NCBI RefSeq assembly: GCF_963921235.1
Contig: NC_086118.1
Span: forward strand, 28,770,001-28,834,000
DNA length: 64,000 nt
From: Mobula hypostoma
Lineage: Eukaryota
Direction of reading: 5' to 3'
The translations under genes and the position numbers were made by a program. Shown one piece after another: positions 61,378 through 64,000 of this stretch (its first letter is position 1; each line of letters opens with the position of its first letter). The notes beneath the pieces were generated by a model that saw nothing but the letters and a program-made list of their open reading frames with translations, made no database searches and was not told where the DNA came from.

Positions 61378-62260
61378 AATGGGTTTATTGTTGTCATATA
61401 TCCTGAGGTACAGTGGAAAGCATGAACATACAGACTAAATCACTGCACAGTATGCTGAGGTTGTACAAGGTAAAACATTAATGCAGAATAAAGTGCAACA
61501 GGTACAGAGAAAGCATGCAGCAGATAGAAATGAAGGCACAAAATCATAACGAGGTAGATCACCACATCAAGAGCCTGTTTTATCTTACTAGGGAACTACT
61601 TGATGGCCTTGCAACGATGGGGCTGAAGCTGTCCTTGAGTCTTGTGGTACGTTTTTTCAGGCTTTTGTATCTTCTGTACAATGGGAGAAGGGAGAAGAGA
61701 GAATACCCAGGTTAGGTGTGCCTTTCATTATGCAGGCTGCTTTGATGAGGTTGCAAGAAGTAAATAGACAGAGTCCATGGAGGGTGGTTGGTTTCTGTGA
61801 TGTGCTAAACTGCAGTTTCTTGTGGTCAGAGACAGAGCAGTTACTGTATCAAGCCATCGTGCATCCAGATAGGATGCTTTCTATGGTGCATTGATAAAAA
61901 TTGTTAAGGGTCAATGGAGACATAGCATATTTCTTTAGCTTCCTGAGGAAGCAGGGTCATTGGTGATGTTTCTTGTCAGATGCATCTACATGGTTGGACC
62001 AGGAGAGGTTATTGATAATGTTCACAGCAAGGGACCTGAACCCCTGAAACTCAGCACATTGATGAAGATAAGAGCATGAGTACCACCTCGCATCTTGAAG
62101 TCAGCAACCAACTATTTGGTTTTGTGGATATTGAGGGAAAGGTTGTTATCATGACACCATATCATTAAGCTCCCTTTCTCCTTCATGTACTCCAATTCAT
62201 CATTATTTAAAAACGACCTTTTATGGTGGTATCATCTGCAAACTTGTAGGTGGAGTTATT
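61378..62260 (-). mobile_element. Degenerate Rex1/Babar-like LINE 3' portion
   Basis: Collinear with 33860-34465 and 56205-56880 (GAAGCTGTCCTTGAGTCTTGTGGTAC...GGATGCTTTCTATGGTGCAT). TTTGCAGATGATAC (FADD) at ~62230-62243 on the minus strand. Confidence 0.75.
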
Positions 62261-62309
62261 GTTGTAATTTTATTCAGTCTCCTAGTTTCTTTATTTTTGT
62301 TATTTTATT

Positions 62310-62575
62310 GAGATACAGCACATTGTAGGCTCTTCTAGCCCTTCAAGTCATGCTGCGGAACAATCCTCCAATTTTATACCAGCCTAATCACGGGACAATT
62401 TACAATGGACAGTTAACCTACCAACCGGTATATCTTTGGACTGTGGGAGGAAAACAGAGCACCTGGAGGAAACCACATAGTTATAGAGAAAATGTACAAA
62501 AGCTCCTTACGTGCAATGGCCGGAAGTGAAGCTGGGTCGCCTGTACTGCAAAGTGTCGTGCTGCTGTGCCACCCC
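62310..62575 (-). mobile_element. V-SINE
   Basis: TCTTTGGACTGTGGGAGGAAAACAGAGCACCTGGAGGAAACC is the reverse complement of the V-domain. Confidence 0.75.
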
Positions 62576-64000
62576 ACGGTATGTTCCTGAGAAACCTATA
62601 GATGCTACAGCGCCCGTTTTTTTCTACTTTCTAAACTTCGTAATATGTTTTTCAAAGAAGCATGAGAAAGAGATAGAAGGTGTTGCTTTAAACTAAGAAC
62701 CAAATTGAACTATGTGATGTCATTATTCCCTGGCCAATCTTTGCATTCAGCTTGGAATGGAATGGAAGATCCGGTAGTTGTGTAGTAAGAGCATTTTTCA
62801 CTGACTTTCATCTGGAAATTGAAAAAGATCCTGGAAAATGAATTAAACTAACCATTAACTTGATACCAACAATTAATAATAAATGGAACCAACTTACTGT
62901 TTCCATGTTCAATGTCTCTTTTACAATGTTTTACAATGCTTCCTTTTACTACGTCTGACTAGAGATGCCATGATATAACATCATCCTTGGGGAGGCAGAA
63001 GAGGACCTGGATAGCACCTGTAAAATAATAGACCTGTATTTAACTATTGCTGACTTAGTGCAAACTTTCTCTATGTGAGATTCATATTCCAGTAAGTTTG
63101 GCAGCATTAAATGGAGGTCTTCAGGCTAAAACTTGCAATTTCCATTTCTGGTAAAAGAATGCTCTGGTTGCTCTAGATGGATTTGTGAACCTGGGTGCAA
63201 AGTACTCTGAAATTCTGCTGAATTCCCCCTTGTAGTGTCACATAGACCCTAACCATTCATTGTAATTGAAGATTCTTGAAAGAAAATCAAGGATATGCAA
63301 TTGTATGTCAGATGTTAAACTCAGGTTGATATTGCACCCTCTTCAGCCAGTGGTTCGGAGTTATACTATTGACTATGCATTGCATTAATTTTAACAAAAT
63401 AGCAATTTTATATGCTTGCTGATACTTACTGACATATGAGTAATGGCAATGTGAAAATCCACAAATAATTTTTTCTCATTTATCAGAATGGTGTTGGGTA
63501 TTTAACATTTCAGTAATATTTGAGGAATATTGTAAATACATTGTTCACAGTTTTTAAAAGAACAGCGAGAAATGCTTGAGTTTAAAAAAAGCCACAACAA
63601 GATATTTTCTTCGGAGAAGCACATGCTTCTTTACAAGGGAAGAATACGTTCCACTCTAAAAAATAGACATAAAATGGACAAATTCACAGGTTCATAAACA
63701 GTAAGTACCTGGTGATAATAATCATGAAAAAAGAGTAGAAAATGGCTGGACACATTGGAAGAATAGGTGGGTTCAATTACATAACAGATAACAGGAAGAA
63801 GCATAATGATCACATTGAGCAGTATTTTGAAACAAATGAAATAGCCAATGCTAAGCAAGTACCAGAGTGAATTTGGTGGAAAAGCATACAGTTTGTTTCA
63901 AAGTTTAACAGCACCAACCAAACCAGCCAAAATTAGCTTTGCTGATATCATGAACAATATCACATAGCAAGAACATTTAGAACCAAGACCATTGAAGGTA

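Noticed and set aside
1..64000. CRISPR arrays, prokaryotic operons or defence systems
   Set aside because: The sequence is vertebrate-type repeat-rich DNA; no regularly spaced repeats or gene-dense regions were seen.

Overview
This is eukaryotic, non-genic DNA (intron or intergenic). The repeat content suggests a cartilaginous fish (shark or ray), inferred from V-SINE/HE1-type SINEs, abundant CR1, Rex1/Babar and RTE LINEs, and Neptune-type Penelope-like elements (PLEs). I found no convincing host exon, and nearly all ORFs in the track are transposon remnants or noise. The main element is a 4.1-kb, mildly decayed Ty3/Gypsy LTR retrotransposon on the minus strand (44779-48880). It has no tRNA primer-binding site. 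Instead, the 15 nt next to the 5' LTR remnant are the exact reverse complement of a 15-mer inside its own LTR that contains the AATAAA signal, which suggests self-primed reverse transcription. Its PPT lies in a hairpin and its RT motif reads YLDN rather than YxDD. The many PLE terminal repeats carry a minimal type I hammerhead ribozyme motif, with stem covariation between subfamilies, and are often arranged as inverted pairs. Also present are a Harbinger-like non-autonomous DNA transposon with a Myb/SANT-like remnant, a hAT element with a long internal palindrome, several nested insertions, and repeat-poor blocks that may be regulatory. Family names come from recognising motifs by eye, not from database searches, and boundaries of old repeats are approximate.
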